From an uncultured Chloroflexia bacterium (lineage in GTDB: Bacteria > Chloroflexota > Limnocylindria > QHBO01), in contig CAWHEV010000010.1 of assembly GCA_963828485.1 (NCBI GenBank), positions 771,021 to 835,020 of the forward strand: a stretch of 64,000 nucleotides of DNA. Reading direction: 5' to 3'. Both the position numbers and the translations under genes were made by a program. The notes beneath the pieces are model-generated. The model was not told where the DNA came from, searched no databases, and saw only the letters and a program-made list of their open reading frames with translations. Each line of letters opens with the position of its first letter. The stretch's first letter is position 1. Below are positions 18,603 to 27,925 of this stretch, piece after piece.

Positions 18603-18995
18603 ATGCCCGTCACCCACCTCAACCCCGCGTCCCTCCATGCGAATCCCGCGTTCTCGCAGGGCACCCTCATTCCCGCTGGGTCCTCGATCGTCATCGTCGG
18701 TGGGCAGAACGGCGTCGGCTCCGATGGTGAGGTCGTGGGCGACACGCTCGGCGCACAGACGGAGCAGGCGATGCGCAACCTGATCGCCGTGCTCGCGGAG
18801 GCGGGGGCGACGCCCGCCGACGTCGCGAAGCTGACCATCGTCCTCGTCGAGGGAGTCGACGTGAACGAGGGGTTCGCCGCATCCCGGAAGGTGTGGGGCG
18901 ACCAGCCGACGGCGATCACCGTCATGTTCGTGCGCGCCCTCGGCCGGCCCGACTGCCTCGTCGAGATCGACGCCATTGCGGCGGTCGCGGGCTGA
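18603..18995 (+). CDS. RidA/YjgF family reactive-intermediate deaminase
   Basis: AFSQGTLIPAGSSIVIVGGQNGV..ATPADVAKLTIVLV..PTAITVMFVRAL. TAGGAG SD. Confidence 0.85.
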   Translation: MPVTHLNPASLHANPAFSQGTLIPAGSSIVIVGGQNGVGSDGEVVGDTLGAQTEQAMRNLIAVLAEAGATPADVAKLTIVLVEGVDVNEGFAASRKVWGDQPTAITVMFVRALGRPDCLVEIDAIAAVAG

Positions 18996-19011
18996 ATAGG
19001 CCCCAGGTGCG

Positions 19012-19047
19012 GGAGCCTTGACCCCGCGCTCGTCGGTACCGTAGCGT
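19012..19047 (+). terminator. GC-rich stem-loop after ridA-like gene (possible terminator/attenuator, no U-tract)
   Basis: CCCCGCGC-n20-GCGCGGGG. Perfect 8-bp stem, 17 nt after the stop at 18995 and before the permease start at 19076. Confidence 0.3.
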
Positions 19048-19075
19048 CCGCGCGGGGGTCAACGCCGGAGGTGAC

Positions 19076-20569
19076 ATGACCGACGCGACCATGCCCACGG
19101 ACGAGCTCGCACACGACTCCATCGGCTTCGTCGATGCGCTGGTCATCGGCCTCAACGCCACCTCGCCGGCCTATTCGCTGGCCGCCGTGATCGGTCCGAT
19201 CGTCGCCCTTGTGGGCGTCTTCGCTCCCGGCGTTCTGCTCGCCTCGTTCGTGCCGATGCTGCTCATCGCAGCGGCCTTCTACTTCATGAACCGTGTCGAT
19301 CCCGACTGCGGCACGACGTTCTCGTGGGTGACGCGGGCCATGGGTCCGTGGTGGGGTTGGCAGGGCGGCTGGGCGATCACCATGACCGGCGTGCTCGTCA
19401 TCGGCGCCCTGGCCGATGTCGGCGTCCGGTTCGGGCTGCTGACGCTCGGGCTCGACGAGCTGGCCGTCAACAAGGCCGTGATCATGGTCGGCGCCGTCGC
19501 CCTCATCCTCCTCATGACGGCGATCTGTGTCCTGGGCACCGAGCTGTCGGCCCGCCTGCAGAACGTGCTGATCGTCTTCCAGGTCGTCTCCCTGCTCATC
19601 TTTGCCGGTGTAGCGCTCGCCCGCGTCTTCTCCGGCGATGCGACCACTGAGTCGGTCGCGCCCTCGATCTCGTGGCTCAACCCGTTCGCGGCTGGCGGCG
19701 GCGCGCTGAGCGCCGGGCTGCTGCTCGGCGTGTTCGCCTATTGGGGCTGGGAGTCCGCGGTCAACCTGTGTGAGGAGACGACCGACTCGGCGACCACGCC
19801 CGGACGGGCAGCTATTCTCTCGACGGTTCTCCTGCTCACGACGTACCTGTCCGTCGCCATCGCCATCGTGGCGTTCATGGGACCCGACTTCCTGACGGCG
19901 AACGCCGAGGAGGAGGAATTCATCTTCGGCCTCGTGGCGACCGAGGTGCTCGGCGACTGGGCCTGGATCCTCCTGTTCAGCGTCACGACCTCGGCGATCG
20001 CGTCGACCCAGACGACGATCATTCCCGCCTCGCGAACGGCGCTGTCCATGGCGCGCCGTCGCGCCTTCCCGCCGACGTTCGGGCACATCAACCATCGGTT
20101 CCGCACGCCGGACGTGTCGACGTGGTGGGTGGCAGCCATCGCCATCGTCTGGTACGTCGTCATCAACCTGATCAGCGAGAACGCGCTGTTCGACTCGTTG
20201 ACGGCGCTGTCGCTGCTCATCGCGTTCTACTACGCCCTCACCGGCGTGGCGTGCGCGATCTACTACCGCCGACAGCTCACCGACAGTATCCGCAACCTGC
20301 TGTTCATCGGCATCGGCCCGGTCGTGGGGGCCGTAATGCTCGCCTGGCTGCTCGTCCTGTCGATCATCGACATGTCGGACCCGGAGAACTCCTACAGCGG
20401 CCAGGCGTGGCTCGGAGTGGGGCCGCCGCTGGTCATCGGCCTCGCGATGTTCGGGGCGGGCATCGTGCTGATGTTCGTGTGGCGCGCGATCGACGCGCGT
20501 TACTGGGCCGAGCAGCCGTCGGTCGTCGACCCGCGGTTGCTGCCCGGAGCGGAGGCGCCCTCGGCCTAG
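19076..20569 (+). CDS. APC-family amino acid permease
   Basis: 12 TM helices. N-terminal FVDALVIGLNATSPAYSLAAVIGP..FYFMNRVDPDCGTTFSW is typical of the APC superfamily. Confidence 0.85.
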   Translation: MTDATMPTDELAHDSIGFVDALVIGLNATSPAYSLAAVIGPIVALVGVFAPGVLLASFVPMLLIAAAFYFMNRVDPDCGTTFSWVTRAMGPWWGWQGGWAITMTGVLVIGALADVGVRFGLLTLGLDELAVNKAVIMVGAVALILLMTAICVLGTELSARLQNVLIVFQVVSLLIFAGVALARVFSGDATTESVAPSISWLNPFAAGGGALSAGLLLGVFAYWGWESAVNLCEETTDSATTPGRAAILSTVLLLTTYLSVAIAIVAFMGPDFLTANAEEEEFIFGLVATEVLGDWAWILLFSVTTSAIASTQTTIIPASRTALSMARRRAFPPTFGHINHRFRTPDVSTWWVAAIAIVWYVVINLISENALFDSLTALSLLIAFYYALTGVACAIYYRRQLTDSIRNLLFIGIGPVVGAVMLAWLLVLSIIDMSDPENSYSGQAWLGVGPPLVIGLAMFGAGIVLMFVWRAIDARYWAEQPSVVDPRLLPGAEAPSA

Positions 20570-20588
20570 CCCCTGGCGGCGCCGGTGC

Positions 20589-20981
20589 TCATCGACCGTA
20601 TTCGTCGTCGCCGATGAGGTCGCCCCATTCGGATTCGGGTCCTTCTGGCGGAGCCTCCCACATCGCCAGGTGGGTCATGAATCGGTCCGGCGCAGCGCCG
20701 TGCCAGTGCCACTCGCCCGGCTCGGTGTGAATGGTGTCCCCGGCCCGGATCTCGATGATCTCGCCGCCGCGCGACTGGACTCGGCCGACGCCCTCGGTGA
20801 CGTGGAGCGTCTGCCCGACGGCATGCGCGTGCCATGCGTTGCGGGCGCCCGGCGCAAACCGGACGACGTTGACCCGGATGCGCGATGGCGGCTGGCCCTC
20901 GGCGATGACGTCGAACCAGGCGTCGCCGGTGAATCGGTCTGCCGGCGCCCTTACCGTCGCGCGCTTCGGAATGACCTGCAT
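20589..20981 (-). CDS. cupin domain protein
   Basis: VRFAPGARNAWHAHAVGQTLHVTEGVGRVQ..GDTIHTEPGEWHWHGA. GGAAGGAG SD before ATG 20981. Confidence 0.75.
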   Translation of the reverse strand: MQVIPKRATVRAPADRFTGDAWFDVIAEGQPPSRIRVNVVRFAPGARNAWHAHAVGQTLHVTEGVGRVQSRGGEIIEIRAGDTIHTEPGEWHWHGAAPDRFMTHLAMWEAPPEGPESEWGDLIGDDEYGR

Positions 20982-21027
20982 GAGACGTGCTCCTTCCTGA
21001 TCCGCGGGTGCGGGCTTCAGGTGCGTA

Positions 21028-21067
21028 TCTTGGCCGCGGCGGAGGGTGAGCCGCGATGCGGCCAAGA
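21028..21067. promoter_or_regulatory. 10-bp perfect inverted repeat in cupin/MocR divergent intergenic region (candidate MocR operator or RNA hairpin)
   Basis: TCTTGGCCGC-n20-GCGGCCAAGA. Confidence 0.35.
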
Positions 21068-21133
21068 AATTGGATTGGTGGAGGTTCGGCTCGCCCGGCA
21101 CACGAGGCATGCCAATTGCGGTGTCGTGTGCCC

Positions 21134-22594
21134 ATGACCACGAGCTCGAGCGTGCCGATCGAGGTGCACGTCAGCCTCGATGGGCGCACGAACCTCACCA
21201 ACGAGATCTATCGGCAGCTGCGCGCCGCGATCCTCGACGGTCGCCTCGCGCGCGGCGATCGCCTCCCGCCGTCGCGGGAGCTCGCGACTCGTCTCGCCGT
21301 CTCCCGCACGACCGTGATGGACGTCTACGACCGCCTCCTGAGCGAGGGATTCACCGATGCGCGCCCGGGCTCCGGAACGTTCGTCTCCGCCGAGCTGATG
21401 GCTCCTCTTCGCCGCCGGGCTCCGATCAGCGGCGCCCTGCGGCCGCGACCGATCTGGGAGTCCATCCGGATCCCGACCGCGCTCGACCGATCCGCCGAAT
21501 TCGACTTCCGAGTCGGAGTCCCCGATGCGCGTCACTTCCCATTCGACGCTTGGCGACGCCTGGAGGCGAGGGCGTGGGCGCCCTCCGCGATCGGCAAGGG
21601 CTTCTACGGCGACCCGGCCGGAGACCGAGGGCTGCGCGAGGCGATCGCTCGCCACATCACCGTGGCCCGCGGTGTCCGAGCGCGACCGGATGATGTGGTC
21701 GTCACCAACGGCACCCAGCAGGCGGTCGACGTTGTTGCCCGTGCCCTGCTGCGACCTGGCGACGTCGTCGCCGTCGAGGACCCGGGCTACCCGTCGCCAC
21801 GGCGGCTCCTCTCTTCGCTCGGCCTTCGGGTCGTCGGCGTTCCCGTCGATGCCGAAGGGATCGTGGTCGCGGCGCTGCCGCCCGATGCAAGGCTCCTGTT
21901 CGTCTCCCCGTCGCACCAGTTCCCGCTCGGAACGGCGATGTCACTTCGGCGCAGGATGGCGCTGACGGCGTGGGCCGAGGAACACGACGCCGCCATCATC
22001 GAGGACGACTACGACAGCGAATTCCGGCTCGGCGGCCGCCCGATCGAGCCGCTCCAGATGCTCGATCGCACGGGTCGAGCGATCTACGTCGGCTCGTTCT
22101 CGAAGACGTTGCTCGCCCAGCTGCGGATCGGCTTCGTCGTCGTCCCCGAGTCGATCAGGCATGCCGTGACGGCGGCGAAGTACGTAGCCGATTGGCACAC
22201 GGCCCTGCCCGCTCAGCGCAGTCTTGCCGCATTCATCGACGACGGCTCATTCGCACGCCACGTTCGGCGCATGCGCACCATCTACCGTGAGCGCCACGAC
22301 CGCATCGCCGCGATCCTCCGTCGCGACTTCGCCGATGAGCTCCGCCTCCTGCCGGCGGCGGCCGGCGTTCATGTCAGTGCCCTCGCCGTCCGGCACTCGG
22401 TTGACGAGGTCACAGCGATCGTCCGCCGCGCCCGGGCCGCGCGCGTCGCGGTCCACGAGCTGGCGACGTTCGCCGTGGGCGAGGATCGCCGCGCCGGACT
22501 GCTGCTGGGCTACGGCGCCATCGCCACGGAGGACATCGACGAGGGCCTTCAGCGCCTTCGCGTCAGCTTCGACGGAGGAGGCGAAGACGACTGA
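21134..22594 (+). CDS. MocR/GabR-type GntR-family regulator with PLP-dependent aminotransferase-like domain
   Basis: N-terminus YRQLRAAILDGRLARGDRLPPSRELATRLAVSRTTVMDVYDRL is a GntR HTH. C-terminus SFSKTLLAQLRIGFVV carries the fold-type I PLP lysine motif. Confidence 0.8.
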   Translation: MTTSSSVPIEVHVSLDGRTNLTNEIYRQLRAAILDGRLARGDRLPPSRELATRLAVSRTTVMDVYDRLLSEGFTDARPGSGTFVSAELMAPLRRRAPISGALRPRPIWESIRIPTALDRSAEFDFRVGVPDARHFPFDAWRRLEARAWAPSAIGKGFYGDPAGDRGLREAIARHITVARGVRARPDDVVVTNGTQQAVDVVARALLRPGDVVAVEDPGYPSPRRLLSSLGLRVVGVPVDAEGIVVAALPPDARLLFVSPSHQFPLGTAMSLRRRMALTAWAEEHDAAIIEDDYDSEFRLGGRPIEPLQMLDRTGRAIYVGSFSKTLLAQLRIGFVVVPESIRHAVTAAKYVADWHTALPAQRSLAAFIDDGSFARHVRRMRTIYRERHDRIAAILRRDFADELRLLPAAAGVHVSALAVRHSVDEVTAIVRRARAARVAVHELATFAVGEDRRAGLLLGYGAIATEDIDEGLQRLRVSFDGGGEDD

Positions 22595-22606
22595 GGACTT
22601 ACGGCC

Positions 22607-23068
22607 TCAGGAGTCCGTGCGGGTCATGGTCGACTGGTAGCCGCCGCCGCCCGGATAGACCCACTCACCGTCGTTGGTCTTGCCATCGGCACTGAAGGCG
22701 CCCTTGAAGAAGGCGGGCGAGCCCTTCTCGCCGGACCAGATCGTCAGGGTGTCGCCCTCGACCTCGTACACGTAGTCGAGGGTGCTGCCCATGCTGTCGA
22801 AGTAGCGTGAGCGGATCTCCGGCGTCGGCTCCTCGCCGAAGGGCTGCAGATGGCCGATGACCTCGATCCCCGTGACCGGCTGGCCGTCCTGGACCAGGTT
22901 CACGTGCTGGAGGAGGAAGAATCGACCCTCCAACCACTCGTATCGGATCGTTCCTTCGGCCCCGCCGGTGACCCGCCACGTCCCGACGAGACGCTCGAGG
23001 CCGTCGAGGTCGGGGTTGCGCGTTGGGGCGGCGGGATGGTCTTGGGTGGTGGCGTGCTCAACAGCCAT
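22607..23068 (-). CDS. DUF1579-like (lipocalin-like) protein
   Basis: LVGTWRVTGGAEGTIRYEWLEGRFFLLQHV. GAGGAG SD before ATG 23068. Confidence 0.6.
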   Translation of the reverse strand: MAVEHATTQDHPAAPTRNPDLDGLERLVGTWRVTGGAEGTIRYEWLEGRFFLLQHVNLVQDGQPVTGIEVIGHLQPFGEEPTPEIRSRYFDSMGSTLDYVYEVEGDTLTIWSGEKGSPAFFKGAFSADGKTNDGEWVYPGGGGYQSTMTRTDS

Positions 23069-23316
23069 GGTTGTACTCCTCTTGGTAGCGGCCACCTCGT
23101 GGCCGCGGGCCAGCTCCTGAAGACGGGAACGGCAGGTGGTGGACCTTTGGCGTCATGGACGCACCTGGACATCCCGACGATACGTCTCGTTCGGGGCATC
23201 ACAAGCGCCAATTCGCACGGGTCCGACCAAGCCAATGCGGTGAATGGGTCGAGTTCCGCGGCCCCTTCCGGTCCGCTACTTGCACGCGCTTCACCTTGGA
23301 AGGAGCGCCGAAACAC

Positions 23317-23796
23317 ATGAACGCTCGAGACATGCCCGCCCGCTCGGCCGACACCGACGGGGCGCCGCGTTGGGTGACGATGTTCACCCCCCTTGCCAAG
23401 TTGCTGCTGAAAGCGGGCATTCCGCTTGGCCCCAACGGGCTGATCACCATTCGAGGCCGGAAGAGCGGCGTGCCCCGCTCGAACCCGGTCGCGATCATCG
23501 AGTACTCGGGCAGACGATGGATCTGGGCGCCGTGGGGCGAGGTCCAATGGGTCCGCAACCTGCGCGCCGCCCGCAAGGCGACCGTCACCCGACGCGGCCG
23601 GGTCGAGGAGTTCGACGCAACCGAGCTGACTGCCGAGGAGCGCGTCGGCTTCTTCCGGGACGACCTCGGAGGCCTTGCGCGCAGCGTTCCGTTCGGTGTC
23701 TGGTTCATTCGAACCGTTGATGGCGTTGACCTGAACCATCCGGTGGAAGCGGCGCAGGGTCGACCGGTCTTCGAGCTCCAACCCGCTAACGGGTGA
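23317..23796 (+). CDS. deazaflavin (F420)-dependent nitroreductase-family protein (DDN-like)
   Basis: LLKAGIPLGPNGLITIRGRKSGVPRSNPVAIIEYSGRRWIWAPWGEVQWVRNLRAA. Confidence 0.8.
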   Translation: MNARDMPARSADTDGAPRWVTMFTPLAKLLLKAGIPLGPNGLITIRGRKSGVPRSNPVAIIEYSGRRWIWAPWGEVQWVRNLRAARKATVTRRGRVEEFDATELTAEERVGFFRDDLGGLARSVPFGVWFIRTVDGVDLNHPVEAAQGRPVFELQPANG

Positions 23797-23816
23797 AGCC
23801 GGGGCACCACGGGCGC

Positions 23817-24692
23817 TCAGCCGCCGCGGAGCCCGTGGAGCTTCTCCTGGTCCGCGATGATGTCGATCTCGACGATTCGCCCGTTGGAGACGGTGAACGC
23901 GGCGACGAGTGACAGGGCCGGGAACCGGACCAGCAGACCGGCCTCGCCGTTGACGACCACCGGCTCGGCTCGCGGGGCAGTGCCGCGGAATCCGCCGGCC
24001 CCGCGAGCCACGGCTTCGGCACCCCGGAGCGGTGGACCGGAGAACGCTCGCGGTCCGTTCGGCCCGCCATCGACCCGGAGCACCACATCGGGGTCCAGCA
24101 CGCGCAGCAGGCCCTCGAAGTCGCCGTCGCGTGCCGCGGCGAGGAAGGCGTCCACCGCTCGGCGCTGAACGGCGAGATCCGCGTCCGGCTGCGGCGCCTC
24201 GGCCCGTACGCGCCGGCGCGCGCGGCTCGCGAGCTGACGCGCCGCGGCCGGCGACCGCTCCACCACCGGAGCGATCTCGTCGAACGGCACACCGAACACG
24301 TCGTGGAGGACGAATGCGAGCCGTTCCGCCGGCGTCAGCGACTCGAGGACCACCAGCAGCGCGAGGCCGACCGAGTCAGCCATGATCGCGTCGCGCTCCG
24401 GCTCGGCATCGGTCGAGGTGCGGACGATCGGCTCCGGGAGCCACGAGCCGGTCAGCTGCTCACGGCGCGACTTCCGTCGGCGCAGCGCGTCGAGGCAGAT
24501 TCGGCCGACCACGACGGTCAGCCAGCCACGCAGGTCATCGGCCCCGCCCGGAGGGCTGCGGTCGAGCCGCAGCCAGGCTTCCTGCACGGCATCGTCCGCC
24601 TCGGAGACCGACCCGAGCATCCGATACCCAACCGCGCGCAGGTGCCCGCGGTGTCGCTCGAACTCCTGGGCCAGCAGGTCCTGTCGCGTCAC
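23817..24692 (-). CDS. ECF41-group RNA polymerase sigma factor with fused SnoaL-like C-terminal regulatory domain
   Basis: Sigma2/sigma4 regions RAVGYRMLGSVSEADDAVQEAW..LESLTPAERLAFVLHDVFGVPFDEIA. Linker TGSWLPEP resembles YVGPWL. C-terminus VDGGPNG..DQEKL resembles DGGGK/NPDKV. 291 aa. Confidence 0.8.
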   Translation of the reverse strand: MTRQDLLAQEFERHRGHLRAVGYRMLGSVSEADDAVQEAWLRLDRSPPGGADDLRGWLTVVVGRICLDALRRRKSRREQLTGSWLPEPIVRTSTDAEPERDAIMADSVGLALLVVLESLTPAERLAFVLHDVFGVPFDEIAPVVERSPAAARQLASRARRRVRAEAPQPDADLAVQRRAVDAFLAAARDGDFEGLLRVLDPDVVLRVDGGPNGPRAFSGPPLRGAEAVARGAGGFRGTAPRAEPVVVNGEAGLLVRFPALSLVAAFTVSNGRIVEIDIIADQEKLHGLRGG

Positions 24693-24744
24693 GTCGTCGT
24701 CCTGTCTCGGGTCGTCATGAGAGGAACACGGATCGGGCGCTCCC

Positions 24745-24815
24745 GGTGTGACATCGTCGCCGATCGACGTTCGCCGGTCACATCCGGCGGCGGTGCTTCG
24801 TGCTCAGTGTGACAA
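24745..24815. promoter_or_regulatory. divergent ECF41-type promoter pair (TGTCACA-N16-CGTG on each strand)
   Basis: Plus strand: gGTCACA-tccggcggcggtgctt-CGTG about 40 nt before ATG 24840. Minus strand: TGTCACA-ccgggagcgcccgatc-CGTG about 35 nt before the sigma start. A third TGTGACA lies at ~24808. Confidence 0.45.
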
Positions 24816-24839
24816 CGAACCACGACCGGAGGTCGACCC

Positions 24840-25220
24840 ATGCCCATGACCACCACGCCGAGGATCCTCCTGACCGGGGTGATCCTCGAGCTCACCCTCG
24901 CGACGGCGATCATCCACCTGACCCTGGGTGGCACGCTGTTCCTGCTCAATGCGGCGGGCTATCTCGCTCTCGCAGCCGCCTACCTGGTCGGAGCTGCGGC
25001 GCCGATGCCGGCCATCCGCCGGTTCGGCTGGCTTCCGAGGGCAGTGCTGGCGGCATACGCATCGCTCACGATCGCCGCCTACATCGTCATCGGCCCGTAC
25101 TTCATGCTCGGCTGGGCGACGAAGGGCATCGAGGTCGCGATCGTCCTGCTGGTGATCGCCGACCTGCTCATCGGCAGCGATGCGGGACGCGCCTCGCGGC
25201 GCCCACCGCGGAGCGCCTGA
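24840..25220 (+). CDS. small 4-TM membrane protein
   Basis: RILLTGVILELTLATAIIHLTLGGTLFLLNAAGYLALAAAYLVG. Sits downstream of the ECF41-like promoter. Confidence 0.6.
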   Translation: MPMTTTPRILLTGVILELTLATAIIHLTLGGTLFLLNAAGYLALAAAYLVGAAAPMPAIRRFGWLPRAVLAAYASLTIAAYIVIGPYFMLGWATKGIEVAIVLLVIADLLIGSDAGRASRRPPRSA

Positions 25221-25221
25221 G

Positions 25222-25671
25222 ATGGCAGCGACGCACTTCGATCCGTACGCGACCCTCGGCATCCCGGCGCGCGCAAGCCGGGAAGAGGCGGGACGAGCCC
25301 ACCGGCGCCTGGCGAAGGAGTTCCATCCCGACGTCAACCCCGGACCTGCGGCCGCAGAGCGGATGCGGCGCATCAACGAGGCGTGGCGGATCGTATCGGA
25401 CCCGACGGGACGTGCGCGGTACGACGCCGGACGTCATCCCGTGCCGTGGCCAGCCTCTGGCTACGGCACCGGCCACAGCCGGCCCGCGAGCAACGCGACG
25501 TGGACGACGTGGCCGGAGTCGCGCGGTTCAGCGACGAGCCGCATACGCCGCCCGACGCCGCTCCCGGTCGAACCCTCGTTCGGCGACCGGCCGGCGGTCC
25601 TCGTCGGCGTCACCGTGATACTGGGCTTGCTCTACTTGGTGGGAGCGTGGCTCGGAAGCCTCGCTCCGTGA
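25222..25671 (+). CDS. J-domain (DnaJ-like) protein with C-terminal TM anchor
   Basis: DPYATLGIPARASREEAGRAHRRLAKEFHPDVNPG..AERMRRINEAWRIVSDPTGRARYD (HPD motif). C-terminal LVGVTVILGLLYLVGAW. Starts 1 nt after the upstream stop, with a GGAG SD. Confidence 0.75.
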   Translation: MAATHFDPYATLGIPARASREEAGRAHRRLAKEFHPDVNPGPAAAERMRRINEAWRIVSDPTGRARYDAGRHPVPWPASGYGTGHSRPASNATWTTWPESRGSATSRIRRPTPLPVEPSFGDRPAVLVGVTVILGLLYLVGAWLGSLAP

Positions 25672-25761
25672 GCGGCGACGGAGGTCACTCGGCCCTCCAG
25701 CTCAAGCCGCGATGAGTTCCCAGGTCGCCGCCGGTCTCATCTGCAGAGGAGAGGAGGCGAC

Positions 25762-26325
25762 ATGGGCGACGTGGCGATCGACATGAGCATGTCACTGGAC
25801 GGCTACATCGCCGCACCCAACGACGTCCCGGGCGATGGCCTCGGCGAGGATGGGATGCGGCTCCACAACTGGGGATTCGACAACCCTGGCGTGTTCGAGC
25901 GGGTTTTCGACGGCCTGCTGGAGCAGACGGGCGCGGTGATCATGGGGCGCCGGACGTACGACAACTCGATCGTGGAGTGGGGCGACGGCGGTCCCGTAGG
26001 CGACGTCCGGTGCATCGTCGTCACCCACGACCCGCCCACGAGCGCCGGTCCCCTCTTCACGTTCGTCACCGATGGTGTCGAGAGCGCCCTCGCGAAGGCA
26101 CGCGAGTTCGCGGGCGACAAGCGCATCGGCGTCATGGGTGCCGACGTCGCCGGGCAGCTCCTCGCCGCGGGGCAGGTCGACGAGATCCGGATCCACCTGG
26201 TCGATGTACTGCTCGGCGGGGGCCGACGGATGTTCGAGGCGCTTCCGCAGCGGATCGAGCTGAAGCAGACGGAAGCCTACGAGGCCGGCGGTGTGACGCA
26301 CGTGGTGTACCGCGTCGATCACTGA
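25762..26325 (+). CDS. dihydrofolate reductase-like (RibD C-terminal domain) family protein
   Basis: MGDVAIDMSMSLDGYIAAPND..VMGADVAGQLLAAGQVDEIRIHLVDVLLGGGRRMFE. GAGGAGAGGAGG SD. Confidence 0.8.
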   Translation: MGDVAIDMSMSLDGYIAAPNDVPGDGLGEDGMRLHNWGFDNPGVFERVFDGLLEQTGAVIMGRRTYDNSIVEWGDGGPVGDVRCIVVTHDPPTSAGPLFTFVTDGVESALAKAREFAGDKRIGVMGADVAGQLLAAGQVDEIRIHLVDVLLGGGRRMFEALPQRIELKQTEAYEAGGVTHVVYRVDH

Positions 26326-26330
26326 CCCCG

Positions 26331-26771
26331 TCACGCGCCCGAGGTGCGAGCGCGCTGCGCCACGAGCCGGTCGTGGCCGGCCGCGATGAGCGGCATCAAC
26401 GTGATGCGGATCGTCTCGTGGCTCGGGTTGACGATCGAGATCCAGCGCTGCCTCGCGTAGACCGGATGCGGCACGAATCGGTCGAAGGCGGCGTAATCGG
26501 GATCGGTCATCGAGCCGACGAGCCGCTGGAAGGTCTCGCGATCGACGCCCACGTTCACGCGGTAGACGCCCTCGCGGGCGAGATTCGAGGGTGCGCCCTC
26601 GTCATGCTCGTCGGTCCACACGACCGTCGCGAAGTTCGGCCAGTGCTTCTCGTCGAGCGAGTAGAAGGCGGCGCTGTCGATCTGGGCGACGACGGCATCG
26701 GGATACGCGTCGCGGATCAGCTGGAGGACTTCGTCGAGATCCGGGCCATCGGGAAGGGTGTCCGCAGTCAT
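26331..26771 (-). CDS. hypothetical protein (conserved DUF)
   Basis: 146 aa, good GC3. DRFVPHPVYARQRWISIVNP motif. No domain assigned. Confidence 0.5.
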   Translation of the reverse strand: MTADTLPDGPDLDEVLQLIRDAYPDAVVAQIDSAAFYSLDEKHWPNFATVVWTDEHDEGAPSNLAREGVYRVNVGVDRETFQRLVGSMTDPDYAAFDRFVPHPVYARQRWISIVNPSHETIRITLMPLIAAGHDRLVAQRARTSGA

Positions 26772-26795
26772 GCCGTCGAGGCTACGACATGCGTG

Positions 26796-27848
26796 TCAAG
26801 TCCCCTTGCGCGGCTCAATCTCCCACTTCACGACGATCGCCCCATCGATGCCTGGCAGCGGCAGCGTCGCGGCCTCCGCCTCGACCGACTCTCGCTCCAT
26901 CCTTGAGAGGCGGCGCCACGGTTCGACGGTCACGACGGCACCGGCGCGGCGCCAGACGCCGACTATCCGGGCGCTCATGAGCACGGCACCCGGCCAGACA
27001 CGAGGCGTCCACAGACGTGACCGTCGCGCGGCATCGGGCACCAGGAGCTCCCGATCGCTTCCCTGGAGGAGGAAGTAGGTGTCGCCGCTCGGAAGCAGGC
27101 GCGTCCCCCCCGCCGTCTCGACCGGTGCGCGGAAGGCGGCCTCGTCCGAGTCCAGGATCCACCCCTCGCCGACCGCGGTCCTCACCCGAATCAGCGACGT
27201 CTCCAGTGCCTCGAATGCCCGATGGCCCATCGGCGGCTTGATCCCGGCCCATGTGGCGAAGGCATCCGGCGTGGCCGGCCCGAAGACGTGCAGATGGCGG
27301 CGGGCGAGCTCGAGCCGCGCATCGGCGACCTCCATCTTCGGGGCGGGGATGGTCCACACTGTCGGCTGCCGGGCGCCATCCCATCGAATCAGCACCCGGC
27401 CGGTCGGCGCGGCATAGCGCAGAGCGTTCGGATGAAACCGGAGCGCATGGCCGATGTCGGTCGCCGACATCCTCCTGCCAACGAGGAACGCGTCGAGACG
27501 CTCGGCGATCTCTTCGGCCCGTTGCCGGCCGCTGGGGCTCTCGGGATACCGGCCCAGCGAGAAGAGCGGCACGTCATCACGCGCGACGACGTACGCCGAG
27601 TAACGCGGTCCCCACAGCTGGACGAGCGCCGGATCCTCCCAGGATGAAGGACCGATGCCCTCGACCCGCGCGTGCAGCGAGAGCAGCGCCGCGCGCGGCA
27701 TGCTGTCCTGCAGGCCGGCGGACGCCGCGCTCCGAAGAGAGCCTGGGCCCGGCGGCTGCCTTCGATCGAGCCCGCCGGCACGGCGGCGAAAGGCGAGGAT
27801 CCGATCGCGCGTCAACGCCAGGGCCGGCCGGTCGCCGTGGAGCGGCAT
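26796..27848 (-). CDS. winged-helix DNA-binding domain protein of the AlkZ/YcaQ (interstrand-crosslink DNA glycosylase) family
   Basis: LTRDRILAFRRRAGGLDRRQPPG..LQDSMPRAALLSLHARV..ALVQLWGPRYSAYVV..RYAAPTG..TYFLLQGSDRELLVPD. The track ORF extends to 28094. Confidence 0.65.
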   Translation of the reverse strand: MPLHGDRPALALTRDRILAFRRRAGGLDRRQPPGPGSLRSAASAGLQDSMPRAALLSLHARVEGIGPSSWEDPALVQLWGPRYSAYVVARDDVPLFSLGRYPESPSGRQRAEEIAERLDAFLVGRRMSATDIGHALRFHPNALRYAAPTGRVLIRWDGARQPTVWTIPAPKMEVADARLELARRHLHVFGPATPDAFATWAGIKPPMGHRAFEALETSLIRVRTAVGEGWILDSDEAAFRAPVETAGGTRLLPSGDTYFLLQGSDRELLVPDAARRSRLWTPRVWPGAVLMSARIVGVWRRAGAVVTVEPWRRLSRMERESVEAEAATLPLPGIDGAIVVKWEIEPRKGT

Positions 27849-27925
27849 GCGGGCAGAATGCCCGATCGGCCGCCGCGGCGCTGCCGCTGTTACGCTCTCC
27901 GTGCCGAGGCCAGCAGAGGAGACCG

